NCBI GenBank assembly: GCA_965197725.1
Contig: CBDANQ010000045.1
Coordinates: 1-53,402, forward strand
Length of the DNA: 53,402 nucleotides
Direction: 5' to 3'
Source: Longimicrobiales bacterium
GTDB lineage: Bacteria > Gemmatimonadota > Gemmatimonadetes > Longimicrobiales > Gaopeijiaceae
Below are positions 20,599-30,910 of the stretch, one piece after another (position 1 is the first letter of the stretch; the number at the start of each line of letters is the position of its first letter). The notes beneath the pieces were generated by a model. The model was not told the origin of the DNA, ran no database searches, and was given only the letters and a program-made list of their open reading frames with translations. Position numbers and translations under genes: made by a program.

Positions 20599-23184
20599 AT
20601 GGGCGAGCGATTTACGCTTCCGGTTCTACCACTCCGGGACACCGTCGTATACCCGGGGGTCGCCGTACCCATCTCAGCCGGGAGACCCGGAACCGTCGAG
20701 GCCGTCCAGGAAGCCCTGGACGGAGATCGTCGCATGTTCGCCGTCGCCCAAAGAGAAAACGTAGACGATCCCCTTCCTGAATACCTGTACAACGTCGGAA
20801 CCGTGGTACGCATCATTCAGACGCACCGCGTGCGTGGGGGCGTGCAGCTTCTGGTACAGGGGGAGGGCCGTGCACAGGCGCTGACGTACCACGATGAGGG
20901 TCAGGCGATGTTGCAGGCGGTGCTTCTCGACATGGTGCACCAGGAGCCGCAGGACCCGGACGATCCCGCCTTCCAGGCACTCGACCGCGAATTGAGGGAT
21001 CGCGCAGCCGAACTCGGTACTCGCCGCGGGGTGCCCGCGGAGGCGTTGAACCAACTCATCCAGGGCGTGGATGAGCCCGGGCCGTTCGCCGACCTCGTCG
21101 CGTTCTACCTTGAGCTGGAGACGCCGACCAAACAGGAGCTTCTGGAGACGCTCGACGACGAGACTCGCATGCGTGCTTGTCTCCTTGCCGTGGAGCGCGA
21201 ACTCGCGCGCATTGACGCTCAGGAGGACATCCAGGCGAAGGTGCAGTCGGAGCTGGGCGAACGTCAGCGCGAAATGCTCTTGAGAGAGCAGCTCAAGGCG
21301 ATCCAAAAAGAGCTCGGCGATGGGGAGGATCGTGACGACGTCGAAGAGATGCGTGAACGCCTTGAAGCGCTAGAATTGAGTGAGGAGCAGCGCTCCGAAG
21401 TCGATCGCGAGCTGAGGCGCCTGGAGCGTACGAGCCCGCAATCCGCGGAGTACCAGGTGATCCGTACTTTCCTGGAGTGGGTGACCGAACTGCCGTGGAA
21501 CGAGCGAACCGAAGAGAAGATCGACCTCGCTCGGGCGACGGAAATTCTCGAGGAGGATCACCACGGCCTGCAGGACGTGAAGGACCGCATCACGGAGTTC
21601 CTCGCCGTGCGCAAGCTCCAGATGGACCGGTCCAACGGAGTGGGTGCCGAGGAGACCGACGCGGACGCCGCGGCCGAAGGCTCGTCGAGCGCGAACGGAA
21701 AGGACGACTTCGAGCCGGAAGACGTCGAGGACACGCCGGCGGGTCGTGGGCCCATTCTGCTGTTCGTCGGACCACCCGGCGTGGGCAAGACGTCGATCGC
21801 GCAGTCAATCGCACGCACGCTCGACCGGAAGTACGTACGGATCTCGCTAGGCGGCGCTCGCGACGAGGCGGACGTGCGCGGGCACCGGCGCACGTACGTC
21901 GGCGCCATGCCGGGCCGCATCATCCAGGGCATGAGACAGGCCAAGACCAAGAACCCGGTCTTCCTGCTCGACGAGGTCGACAAGCTCGGGGTGTCGTTCC
22001 AGGGCGACCCGAGCTCCGCTCTCCTGGAGGTGCTCGATCCGGCTCAGAACTCGTCGTTCGTCGATCACTACCTCGGCATCCCGTTCGACCTCTCCGAGGT
22101 GCTCTTCATCGCGACGGCGAACTACTTGGACCGGATTCCCGGTCCGCTGCTCGATCGCATGGAACGTGTCGACTTCGCCGGCTACACCGAGTTCGAGAAG
22201 CTCCAGATCGCGAAACGCTATCTGCTGCCGCGTCAGCGAAAGGAGAACAGCCTCACCGAGGAAGAACTGCGGATGGAGGACGATGCAATTCTCAGCGTGG
22301 TGCAGAGCTACACGCGCGAGTCCGGTGTGCGGCAGCTCGAGCGGGAGGTCGGCAGATTCGCACGCAAGGTCGCGCGCCAGATCGCTGGCGGTAAGATCGA
22401 GAAGATCGAAGCGAGCAAGGACGATGTTCGAGAGCTACTCGGGCGGCCGCGGGTCCACCCGGAGCGCATCGCAGACGAGGACACCGTGGGTGTCGCGACG
22501 GGCATGTTCTACACGCCCATGGGTGGTGACATCATGTTCGTCGAGGCGAGCATCATGCCGGGTGAGGGCAACGGTGGTTTCATTCTCACCGGCCAGCTCG
22601 GCGATGTGATGAAGGAGTCGGGTCGCGCGGCACTCTCCTTCGCGAAAGCGCACTGGAAGCAGCTCGGGATCGAGGAGGACTCGCTACGGGGTCGTGACGT
22701 TCACATCCACGTTCCGGCCGGAGCGATCCCCAAGGACGGTCCGTCCGCGGGTATCACGATGGCGACGGCGCTCGTCTCGGCCGTGTCGGGCCGCAAGATC
22801 CGACGCGAGGTGTCGATGACGGGAGAGCTGACGCTCACCGGACGGGTGCTGCCGATCGGCGGCCTGAAGGAGAAGGTGCTCGGCGCCGTGCGTGCCGGCA
22901 TCACCGAAGTCATCCTCCCGATCGACAACGAGGCGGACCTCGAGGACATCCCCGACGAGGTGCGCGAAAGGACGACGTTCTATCTGGCTGAGACGCTCGA
23001 TGACGTGATCTCCACCGCCCTCTTGGGCGGCGAAAGCACCGCGAAGACGATTGCGCCGAAGCCATCCTCGACGAAGAAGGCGGGACCGGGGAAGAAGGCG
23101 GGACCGAGGAAGAAGGCGGGACCGGCTAAGAAGACCGCCTCCAGAAAGGTGGCCGAGAAGGAGAGGTTGCCTAAGCTGACGTGA
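20599..23184 (+). CDS. lon: ATP-dependent Lon protease
   Basis: LPVLPLRD N-domain, GPPGVGKT, LLDEVDK, PKDGPSAG catalytic Ser, IGGLKEK catalytic Lys. The real start is the ATG at 20599. Confidence 0.97.
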   Translation: MGERFTLPVLPLRDTVVYPGVAVPISAGRPGTVEAVQEALDGDRRMFAVAQRENVDDPLPEYLYNVGTVVRIIQTHRVRGGVQLLVQGEGRAQALTYHDEGQAMLQAVLLDMVHQEPQDPDDPAFQALDRELRDRAAELGTRRGVPAEALNQLIQGVDEPGPFADLVAFYLELETPTKQELLETLDDETRMRACLLAVERELARIDAQEDIQAKVQSELGERQREMLLREQLKAIQKELGDGEDRDDVEEMRERLEALELSEEQRSEVDRELRRLERTSPQSAEYQVIRTFLEWVTELPWNERTEEKIDLARATEILEEDHHGLQDVKDRITEFLAVRKLQMDRSNGVGAEETDADAAAEGSSSANGKDDFEPEDVEDTPAGRGPILLFVGPPGVGKTSIAQSIARTLDRKYVRISLGGARDEADVRGHRRTYVGAMPGRIIQGMRQAKTKNPVFLLDEVDKLGVSFQGDPSSALLEVLDPAQNSSFVDHYLGIPFDLSEVLFIATANYLDRIPGPLLDRMERVDFAGYTEFEKLQIAKRYLLPRQRKENSLTEEELRMEDDAILSVVQSYTRESGVRQLEREVGRFARKVARQIAGGKIEKIEASKDDVRELLGRPRVHPERIADEDTVGVATGMFYTPMGGDIMFVEASIMPGEGNGGFILTGQLGDVMKESGRAALSFAKAHWKQLGIEEDSLRGRDVHIHVPAGAIPKDGPSAGITMATALVSAVSGRKIRREVSMTGELTLTGRVLPIGGLKEKVLGAVRAGITEVILPIDNEADLEDIPDEVRERTTFYLAETLDDVISTALLGGESTAKTIAPKPSSTKKAGPGKKAGPRKKAGPAKKTASRKVAEKERLPKLT
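23074..23133 (+). repeat. 18-bp coding tandem repeat x3 (KKAGPx) in the lon tail
   Basis: aagaaggcgggaccg(ggg/agg/gct) three times, followed by aagaag. Confidence 0.9.
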
Positions 23185-24033
23185 ATCGGATCGAGCAGCT
23201 GACCGGTCCGTGGGGACGGTATGAGCCAGGTCCGCTGCGCGCCTTGCTTCATCCGCCTGTGTCGCTCGATGCCGCCCAGATGGGCTGGCGAGCGGGCTTC
23301 CCTGCTGCTACGCCGGGTGGCCCGTGCTGGTCTGGACACTCCGCTGGACACGGAGGTGTGGGGTCTGAGGCTGCGGCTGTTCCCGTTGGGCAACCTCGCG
23401 GAGGCTCGGATCCTGTTCATGCCGCGGCAGTGGGACTGGCAGGAGCGGGAGCTGCTGGCGCTGCGCGCGAAGCCCGGCTTCGTGTTCGTCGACGTCGGCG
23501 CCAATGTCGGGGGATACTCGTTGTGGATGCACAGCGTCCTGGGTAGCGATGTCACGGTCGTCGCGATCGAGCCGGACCCCCAGCTCGTTGCCGGGCTCGA
23601 AGCGAACATGTCCTGGAACGCGTGCGAGAATGTGCGCGTCGTTCGTTCGGCGGTCGGCGCGTCGGAGAGTGAGGGCACGCTGTTCGTGCGCGCCGGTAAC
23701 CTGGGCGAGAATAGCCTCGAACGGCCAGACGTGCCTGACTCGGCCATCGTTCGAACGGAGACTGTCGCTGTGCGACCTCTCGCGGCGGTGCTCCAGGCCG
23801 AGGGCCTCACCTGTGTCGATGCCCTCAAGATCGATGTCGAGGGCGTAGAGCTTCCGGTGATGGAAGCATTCTTCGGCGAAGCGTCGGATGAGCTGTGGCC
23901 GACGCTCATCATCACGGAGTTCAAGGAGACGGCGCGGCACCGCGATCTGCGCGAGCTGCTCGAGCGGAATGGTTACGGCGCGCTGCTCAAGACGAAGGCG
24001 AATCTGGTGATGGAGCGGCGGCCGAGGGGGTAG
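23181..24033 (+). CDS. FkbM family methyltransferase (probable +1 frameshift near 23248)
   Basis: VDVGANVGGYS, IEPDP, LKIDVEG. A GTG start overlapping the lon stop joins the main frame if one T is removed from cttcatc. Confidence 0.85.
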
Positions 24034-24035
24034 CG

Positions 24036-25097
24036 CTACTCGACCGCGACCCGCCCCGCGCCACCCTCCACGACCTCGCCGATCACGGCTGCCACAGGGC
24101 TCCGCCCATTCAGGTCGAGCAGCAGCGCCTCGACGGCATCGGGGGACACGCACATCAGCAACCCGCCCGAGGTCTGCGCGTCGCCGAGGAGCGTGCGGCT
24201 GAAGTCGCCGACGGAGTCGGCGAACCATACGCTGTCCGCCAGGTCTTCCAGGTTGCGCGTGGTGCCTCCAGGCACGTGTCCGGCTTCGACCAACTCCCGC
24301 GCGCCCGAAATGATGGGGACGTGAGCCGAGCGCAGCGTGGCCGCGACTCCCGACGCTCGCAGCATGTTGTGCAGATGCCCGAGAAGGCCGAATCCGGTCA
24401 CGTCGGTTCCGGTGATTACGTCGGCGTTTCGCATGGCCTCCGCGGCGCCCGCGTTGAGGGTCACCATGACCTCGATGGCTCTTGCGATCACATCGTCCGG
24501 CGCCGCGCCCTGTTTGATCGCCGTAGCGATCACCCCCGAGCCCAGAGGTTTGGTGAGAACGAGGACGTCACCAGGCTTCGCCCCGGCGTTCGTGACCATA
24601 TGGTCGGGATGCACTTCGCCGACCGCCACTAGGCCGTACTTCGGCTCGGCGTCGTCGATCGAGTGGCCACCCAGAGTGGGAATTCCCACTGAGCGGGTCA
24701 CGTCACTTCCCCCGCGGAGGATCTCGTCGAGAATGCCCTCGGCAAGGAGCTCCCTTGGGAAGCCGACCAGGTTCAGCGCGAAGAGCGGCGTCGCGCCCAT
24801 GGCGTAGATGTCCGACAGGGCGTTGGTCGCGGCGATGCGTCCGAAGTCATATGGGTCGTCGACGATAGGCGCGAAAAAGTCGGCCGTCACGACCAGGGCA
24901 CGGTCGTCGGTAAGACGGTACACGGCAGCATCATCGCGCGTCATATGCCCGACGAGCACGTTCGGATCTTCCACCGGCAGGACATGACGCAGAACCTGCG
25001 TCAGTTCGGACATCCCGAGCTTACAAGCTCAACCGGCGCCGTGACTGAGCTGGGACAGCCGAATCTTCGGCTTTTGGTCCCGGGGCTCGTTGCTCAT
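24036..25097 (-). CDS. selD: Selenide,water dikinase, selenocysteine-containing
   Basis: ATG at 25097 gives MSNEPRDQKPKIRLSQLSHGAG-UGA(25031-25029)-ACKLG, in frame with ORF 24036..25013. Motifs DDAAVY, FGRIAATNALSD, GGHS, DVTGFGL.GH, DAQTSGGLL. Confidence 0.93.
24985..25003 (-). promoter_or_regulatory. Bacterial SECIS-like hairpin of selD
   Basis: mRNA UGACGCAG-GUU-CUGCGUCA: perfect 8-bp stem with a G-initiated loop 33 nt after the UGA. Confidence 0.7.
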
Positions 25098-25285
25098 GGG
25101 CTCCTGGTGTATGGGATTCGTTTGAGTTCGAGTGCGCGGCATGCGGGTACGATGACCGCGGGAGGAAGGGCGGGCAACAGTCTCGGGTGGAAACCACGAC
25201 TCCACGCAGGGTACTCATGTGCCCGCTCCTTCGGGATCGGCTGACACTCATCCACCGTCGCGCTAGACGAGCAAGTTCCGGACCC

Positions 25286-26112
25286 GTGAGCACGCCTACC
25301 GTCACCCCCCGCCGACTCCTCGCTGACGAGATCCCCCGAAGCGAATGTGAGATGAACCTCGCCCGCGCGATGCTGCTCGTTGCCAAGGAGGAGTACCCCC
25401 AACTCTCGGTCGAGCTCTACTTGGCGCGCCTGGACCAGCTCGCGGAGGAAGTGAAGGACCGGCTCGCGGATGAGACCGCGCCCCTCGTAGTCCTAGACGC
25501 GCTGATCGATACGCTCTACGTGCGCCGGAAACTTTCTGGGAATCAGAAGGCGTACTACGACCCGCGGAATTGCTTTCTGAATGACGTGCTCGATCGCGGA
25601 CTCGGCATCCCGCTCACGCTGGGCATCGTGATGCTGGAAGTCGGCTGGAGGCTCGGTCTGCCGCTCGAAGGTGTGAGTTTCCCGGGACCCTTCTATTGCT
25701 CGACCCGTTCGACGGCGGGAAGGTCCGCTTCGAGGACGAGGCCCAGGAGTTTCTCGACGGCGTATATGGCGGCGTCGTCCAGCTGAAGGATTCCTTCCTG
25801 CGGAAGGCCGACCGTCGAGACATGCTCGCGAGGCTGCTCACCCACCTGAAGGGCGTCTACATGAACGTTGGAGATCACGGACGGGCCCTCGCGGCGGTAG
25901 ATCGGATTCTGTTAGTGACTCCCAGGGCTCCGGCCGAGAACCGCTCCCGCGGCGTGCTGCTCGTGCGCATGGGCCGCCACGACGAGGCCCTCGAGCAGCT
26001 CTCGGCATACGTGCGAGACTCGCCCGGCGCGGCCGACGCCCGACGAGTCGAGGGGATGCTGAGCGACCTGCGCGCCGGGATTACCCCCCGAGACGACCTG
26101 GAAGGACTGTGA
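25286..26112 (+). pseudogene. SirB1/YchA-like transglutaminase-like + TPR protein, with frameshift/deletion near 25690
   Basis: YYDPRNCFLNDVLDRGLGIPLTL and GVSFPG in one frame; LDPFDGG...MLARLL..LK..Y and TPR helices in another. The expected HFLV segment is missing at the junction. Confidence 0.8.
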
Positions 26113-27221
26113 GTGACGAGCGCGTGAGCCCGAACTGGCAGGCGATGGAAGAGGCTGGCGGCGTCTCTGCCGACTACCACGGCCGTCGGCTCATGCGCCA
26201 CTTCGGTGATCCGGCCGGTTCTTACCGTGCGGCCACGTCGGGTGCGGCGGTCTTCGACCGGTGCCACCGCTCACGGCTTGCCGTCACGGGTCACGCCCCT
26301 GGCCAGATGCTCGACGGAATCCTCACGGGCCGCATACCCATGGCTCCCGCCGAATGCGGCGAGGACGTGCTGGGTGGCGAGGCGACCTACCACGCAGTGC
26401 TCACGCCCAAGGGCAAGATGATCTGCGACGCGTGGGCTATGCTGCGCGGTGACGAAGAGTCAGCGGGCTTCCTGCTCGACGTCCCAGTCGCGGGCAGCGC
26501 GGCGTTGCTCGAGCACTTCAAGAAGTTCTTGCCGCCGCGTCTCGCGTCCGCCGAAGACGTGTCAGCCGCGACGGCCATGATCACCGTGGTCGGTCCGGAC
26601 GCGGCCACTCTGCTCTCCCGACTGGCACTCGGACTGCTGGTCGATAGCGACGAGCTCTCGGCTCTGGGCGAGGGCGAATGGCGGCTCACGGGTTCATCGG
26701 TCGCCGACGGCCTCGCGGTCATCAAGACCGAGGACGTGTGGCCGGAAGCCTACTCGGTGCTGGGGCCCACGGCCTCCGTAACCGCCCTCTGGAAGGCTGT
26801 CGTCGCCGCCGGCGCTCGCCCGGCAGGTCACGGTGTGTGGTCCACCCTGCGGGTCGAGGGTGGGCGCCCGGTCTTCGGCACCGACATGGACGAAACCACC
26901 ATCCCCATCGAGGCCGGTATCCACCACCGATCGATCGACCATGAGAAGGGGTGCTATACGGGCCAGGAAGTCATCATCCGCATCCGCGACCGCGGGCACG
27001 TGAACCGACACCTGCGGCAGTTGCGGCTGGGGGACGTGCCGACGCCCGCCGAGGGGACCGAGCTGCTCGCTGACGACTCGGATAAGGTCGTAGGCTGGAT
27101 CACTTCGGCGGTGCAGTCGCCGAAGTACGGGGAGACGCTAGCGATCGCGTACGTGCGGCGGGGCGTGGAAGCCGTGACGCTGGACGGGAGAGTCATCGAC
27201 GTTCCAGCCGCGGACGACTAG
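26109..27221 (+). CDS. YgfZ/GcvT-family folate-binding protein
   Basis: LTPKGKM, LRVEGGRP, and the YgfZ signature KGCYTGQE. Confidence 0.9.
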   Translation: MSDERVSPNWQAMEEAGGVSADYHGRRLMRHFGDPAGSYRAATSGAAVFDRCHRSRLAVTGHAPGQMLDGILTGRIPMAPAECGEDVLGGEATYHAVLTPKGKMICDAWAMLRGDEESAGFLLDVPVAGSAALLEHFKKFLPPRLASAEDVSAATAMITVVGPDAATLLSRLALGLLVDSDELSALGEGEWRLTGSSVADGLAVIKTEDVWPEAYSVLGPTASVTALWKAVVAAGARPAGHGVWSTLRVEGGRPVFGTDMDETTIPIEAGIHHRSIDHEKGCYTGQEVIIRIRDRGHVNRHLRQLRLGDVPTPAEGTELLADDSDKVVGWITSAVQSPKYGETLAIAYVRRGVEAVTLDGRVIDVPAADD

Positions 27222-27225
27222 CAGC

Positions 27226-27879
27226 TCACATCCCTTCGATCTCCGCCAACGCGGCCAGAATGTCCTCATTCTCGGGACGAATGCGGTAGTTCACCTCCGT
27301 GAACTTCCAATGGACCCGCCCTTCTTTGTCGATTACGTAGACCGTGGGGTGCGGAATAGCGCGTCCACTGCCTTCTTGGTTGAAGAGCCCGTACCGGTTG
27401 ATGATCGCCGCTTCGGGATCCGAGAGCAGGGTGAAGTCGATGATATAACCGTCGGTCTCTTCGGCCACGCGGTCGACCATCATCTGGAGTTGCTCGGGGT
27501 CGTCCGAGGCCAGCGCCAGGATCTCAGTAGTCTTGCGCCGTTCGGGCGTCAGGAAGTCTTGCAGCTCGCCGAGCTGCTTGGCGCAGTAGGGTCACCAATG
27601 GCCGCGGTAGAAGAACAGCACCACGTTCTTCTCCTCGCGAAATTGCGATAGCGTGACAACGGGGCCCGCGAGGGAACTCGCTGAGAAGTCGGGGGCCATC
27701 TGTCCCGCCGACACACGTTCGATGTCGGTCGGTGTCAGATCGTGTCCATCCACGGGACCCAACACGATCTCGTTCAACTCGTCCATCTCGGCCTGCTCCG
27801 TCGCCTCATCCCCGACCTCACACCCGCCCATGGCAACGACGCCTGCCGCGACGAGCGACAATGCGTATTGCGTTCGCAT
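27226..27879 (-). CDS. Selenocysteine-containing peroxiredoxin-like (AhpC/TSA, thioredoxin-fold) lipoprotein
   Basis: ORFs 27592..27969 and 27226..27483 are one frame joined through UGA at 27594-27592: APDFS...VVLFFYRGHW-U-PYCAKQL...LLSDP...YGL...PTVYVIDKEGRV. Lipobox MGGC; GGAGAG RBS. Confidence 0.88.
27561..27577 (-). promoter_or_regulatory. Bacterial SECIS-like hairpin of the Prx-like gene
   Basis: mRNA GCAGCUC-GGC-GAGCUGC: perfect 7-bp stem with a G-initiated loop 21 nt after the UGA. Confidence 0.7.
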
Positions 27880-28053
27880 CCAGCTCTCCGTGCTCGCGAG
27901 TGCAAGTGGACTGTCATGATCCTGACACTCTTCGTCTGGCTCCTGCTGAGTACCGAAGCGCGCTCTCACTGGTTCCCGGGCGATTGACGGACTCCGGTGT
28001 CGGGCTGACTTTGGCCTTCCTTCAGCGCATCAATACGATCCAAGGAATGGACG

Positions 28054-30879
28054 ATGACCGATTCGCGCCTCCTCCGAATGAGCCTGCTACTACTCGCCAC
28101 GACGTGGTCGCTACCTGCGGTTTTGTTCGCACAGGACGGCGACATGGCAGTCCTGAACCAATCACCGAACCCGCTGTTGCGCCCCTTCGTGTGGAGGTCG
28201 ATCGGCCCGGTTGGCCAGGGCGGCCGCGTCGACGATATCGCAGTCGATCCGACTAACCCCTTCAGGTACTACGTGGGCTTCGCCACCGGCGGGCTGTGGA
28301 GGACTACGAACAACGGCACGACGTTCGAGCCGATCTTCGACGAGTACGAAACCCACTCGATCGGCGCGATCGGGATTGCGCCGTCGAACACCGAAGTGAT
28401 CTACATCGGGACAGGCGAATCGAACAACCGCCAGAGTTCTTCGTTCGGGGCCGGCGTCTACAAGTCTACGGATGGGGGAGACTCGTTCACTTACGTGGGG
28501 CTTCGTGAGACCCAGTCGATCGCACGCGTGATCGTGCACCCCGGAGACGCGAACACGGTCTGGATCGCTGCGAACGGTCACCTCTTCGGATCCAACCCGG
28601 AGCGCGGCCTCTTCAAAACGACAGACGGGGGTCGCACCTGGAGCCACGTTCTGCGCATCGACGACAACACCGGCGCCACGGACCTGATCGTCGACCCGTC
28701 GAATCCCGACAAGCTCCTGGCCGCAACGTACCAGCGGCGTCGCACGGGATGCTGCTTCGTGGGGGGCGGATCGGGGAGCGGCATATGGATGTCGACGGAC
28801 GGCGGCGAGAACTGGGCCCGGCTCGAGGGAAATGGTCTCCCAAACGGCACGATGGGACGGATCGCGCTCGCGACCACACGGGCTGACCCCAACGTCATCT
28901 ATGCGCAGATCGAGGTCGCGGCAGACAAGGAACGCCCGCTCAGCGCCGATGATCGCGCGGCATGGCAGGCGCTCGCACAGGACGACAACCTGCAGCCCGA
29001 CCACCAGTGGCACGGAATCTGGCGTTCGACCGACGGGGGGATGAGCTGGCGGTTCCGTAGCAATGAAAACGGCCGCCCGATGTATTTCAGTCAGATCCGG
29101 GTCTCGCCGGAGGACGCTGACCTCGTGTACACGGTCGATCAGCAGGTCGCGAAGTCACGGGATGGCGGCGAGACCTGGGAGACGCTCGACGGGTTTGGCC
29201 ACGTCGACCAGCACGCGGTCTGGATCAACCCGAACAACCACGATCACATGATGATCGGGAACGACGGCTCCATCGACGTCACGTACGACCAGGGCGAAAC
29301 GTGGGAGTCGCCGCGACTCTGGGCGGTTGGTCAGTCTTATCACGTTTCGGTGAACATGGAGCGCCCGTACCGCGTCTGTACCGGTCTTCAGGACAACGGC
29401 GCGTGGTGTGGTCCGAGCTCCGTGCGGTCCGGCAAGATCCTTCCGCAGGACTGGTTCCGTGCGGGTGGCGGCGACGGTTTCTACACGCAGCAGGACCCGA
29501 CCGACCCGAATATCATCTACACCGAGTCCCAAGGTGGGAACATGAACCGATACGATCTCTCGACCGGTGAACAGCAGAGTATCCGCCCGCAGGGTCCGAA
29601 TGGAAGCGGTGGGAGCGGCGGCGGTTTCGGCAGAGGCGGGCGTGTCAACATCGTTCCCCAGCCACCGGTGGGGACCCAGATCCGCCTCAACTGGAACACG
29701 CCTTTCGTGCTCTCACCCCACAATCCGAGCACGATCTACGCGGGGGCGAATCGCTTCTTCATCTCCCGCGATCGTGGCGACAACTGGACGATGAGCGCCG
29801 ACCTGAGCAAGAACGTCGACCGCGATCGAGTTGAAGTGATGGGCGTGGGGAACGACGTGCCACGTTGCAGGCAACTGGACCGCGGCATCGACTGCAACCT
29901 CTCTCGCAACGACGGCGTGTCGCAGTGGAGTACGGGGGTGTCCGTCGCGGAGTCACCAGTACTGCCCGGGGTTTTGTGGTTGGGCACCGATGACGGCAAC
30001 ATCAACGTCAGCCGTGACGGTGGCGCGACCTGGACGGAAGTCAGCAACAACCTGCCAGGTGGCACGACAGAGTTCTACGTGTCTCGGATCGAGGCGTCTC
30101 ATTTCGATGCCGCGACCGCCTACGTGTCGATCGATGGGCATCGTGACGACGACGTCCGCCCATACGTCTACCTCACGCGCGACCACGGTGAGACCTGGGA
30201 GAGCATCAGCTCGAACCTGCCCGAGTTCGGGAACGTGCGCACGGTCCGGCAGGACCCTCGCCATGAGGACATCCTGTATGCCGGAACCGAGTTCGGCTTC
30301 TTCATCTCGGGCGACGAGGGCCAAGAGTGGCACCGGTTCATGAATGGGCTACCCGTGGTGCGTATCGACGACGTGCTCGTGCATCCACGGGACAATGACC
30401 TCGTGCTCGCGACCCACGGGCGCAGCATCTACGTGATGGACGACATTACCGCGTTGCAAGCGACGACCGATGAGACCATACGGCAGGACGTGCACCTCCA
30501 CGAGCCGCGCGAATCGGTCCGTTGGAGGAACGATCACGTGCAGAGCCGGTCGGTCACGGGCGACAAAAACTGGCAGGGCGAAAACGCTCCGGCCGGAACC
30601 GCGATCCAGTATTGGCTGAGCGAAGCAGCGCGAGGGGACGTGAGCATCACCATCGCGAATGCGCTGACCGGACAGGTCTTCCGGACTATGGAGGGCACCG
30701 GACTGGCTGGCCTGAACCGTGTGCAGTGGAACCAGCGCGGCAACCCGCTCCAGGGCCGCGGCCGCGGCGGAAGCGAGCGACCGCGGGCGCAGCCAGGCGT
30801 CTACAACGTGACGCTTTCCGTGAACGGGGAAGAGTACACGACGTCCCTGCGGGTGCTCGAGGACAGTTGGATGAACTAA
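28054..30879 (+). CDS. Secreted BNR/Asp-box (VPS10/sortilin-like) beta-propeller protein
   Basis: Signal peptide; WRSIGP; many S/T-x-D-G-G-x-T/S-W Asp boxes; ATHGRS; C-terminal PGVY.V.L domain. Confidence 0.9.
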   Translation: MTDSRLLRMSLLLLATTWSLPAVLFAQDGDMAVLNQSPNPLLRPFVWRSIGPVGQGGRVDDIAVDPTNPFRYYVGFATGGLWRTTNNGTTFEPIFDEYETHSIGAIGIAPSNTEVIYIGTGESNNRQSSSFGAGVYKSTDGGDSFTYVGLRETQSIARVIVHPGDANTVWIAANGHLFGSNPERGLFKTTDGGRTWSHVLRIDDNTGATDLIVDPSNPDKLLAATYQRRRTGCCFVGGGSGSGIWMSTDGGENWARLEGNGLPNGTMGRIALATTRADPNVIYAQIEVAADKERPLSADDRAAWQALAQDDNLQPDHQWHGIWRSTDGGMSWRFRSNENGRPMYFSQIRVSPEDADLVYTVDQQVAKSRDGGETWETLDGFGHVDQHAVWINPNNHDHMMIGNDGSIDVTYDQGETWESPRLWAVGQSYHVSVNMERPYRVCTGLQDNGAWCGPSSVRSGKILPQDWFRAGGGDGFYTQQDPTDPNIIYTESQGGNMNRYDLSTGEQQSIRPQGPNGSGGSGGGFGRGGRVNIVPQPPVGTQIRLNWNTPFVLSPHNPSTIYAGANRFFISRDRGDNWTMSADLSKNVDRDRVEVMGVGNDVPRCRQLDRGIDCNLSRNDGVSQWSTGVSVAESPVLPGVLWLGTDDGNINVSRDGGATWTEVSNNLPGGTTEFYVSRIEASHFDAATAYVSIDGHRDDDVRPYVYLTRDHGETWESISSNLPEFGNVRTVRQDPRHEDILYAGTEFGFFISGDEGQEWHRFMNGLPVVRIDDVLVHPRDNDLVLATHGRSIYVMDDITALQATTDETIRQDVHLHEPRESVRWRNDHVQSRSVTGDKNWQGENAPAGTAIQYWLSEAARGDVSITIANALTGQVFRTMEGTGLAGLNRVQWNQRGNPLQGRGRGGSERPRAQPGVYNVTLSVNGEEYTTSLRVLEDSWMN

Positions 30880-30910
30880 GCCGAGGGTCGCGCCGAAGGA
30901 CGATTGAGAC

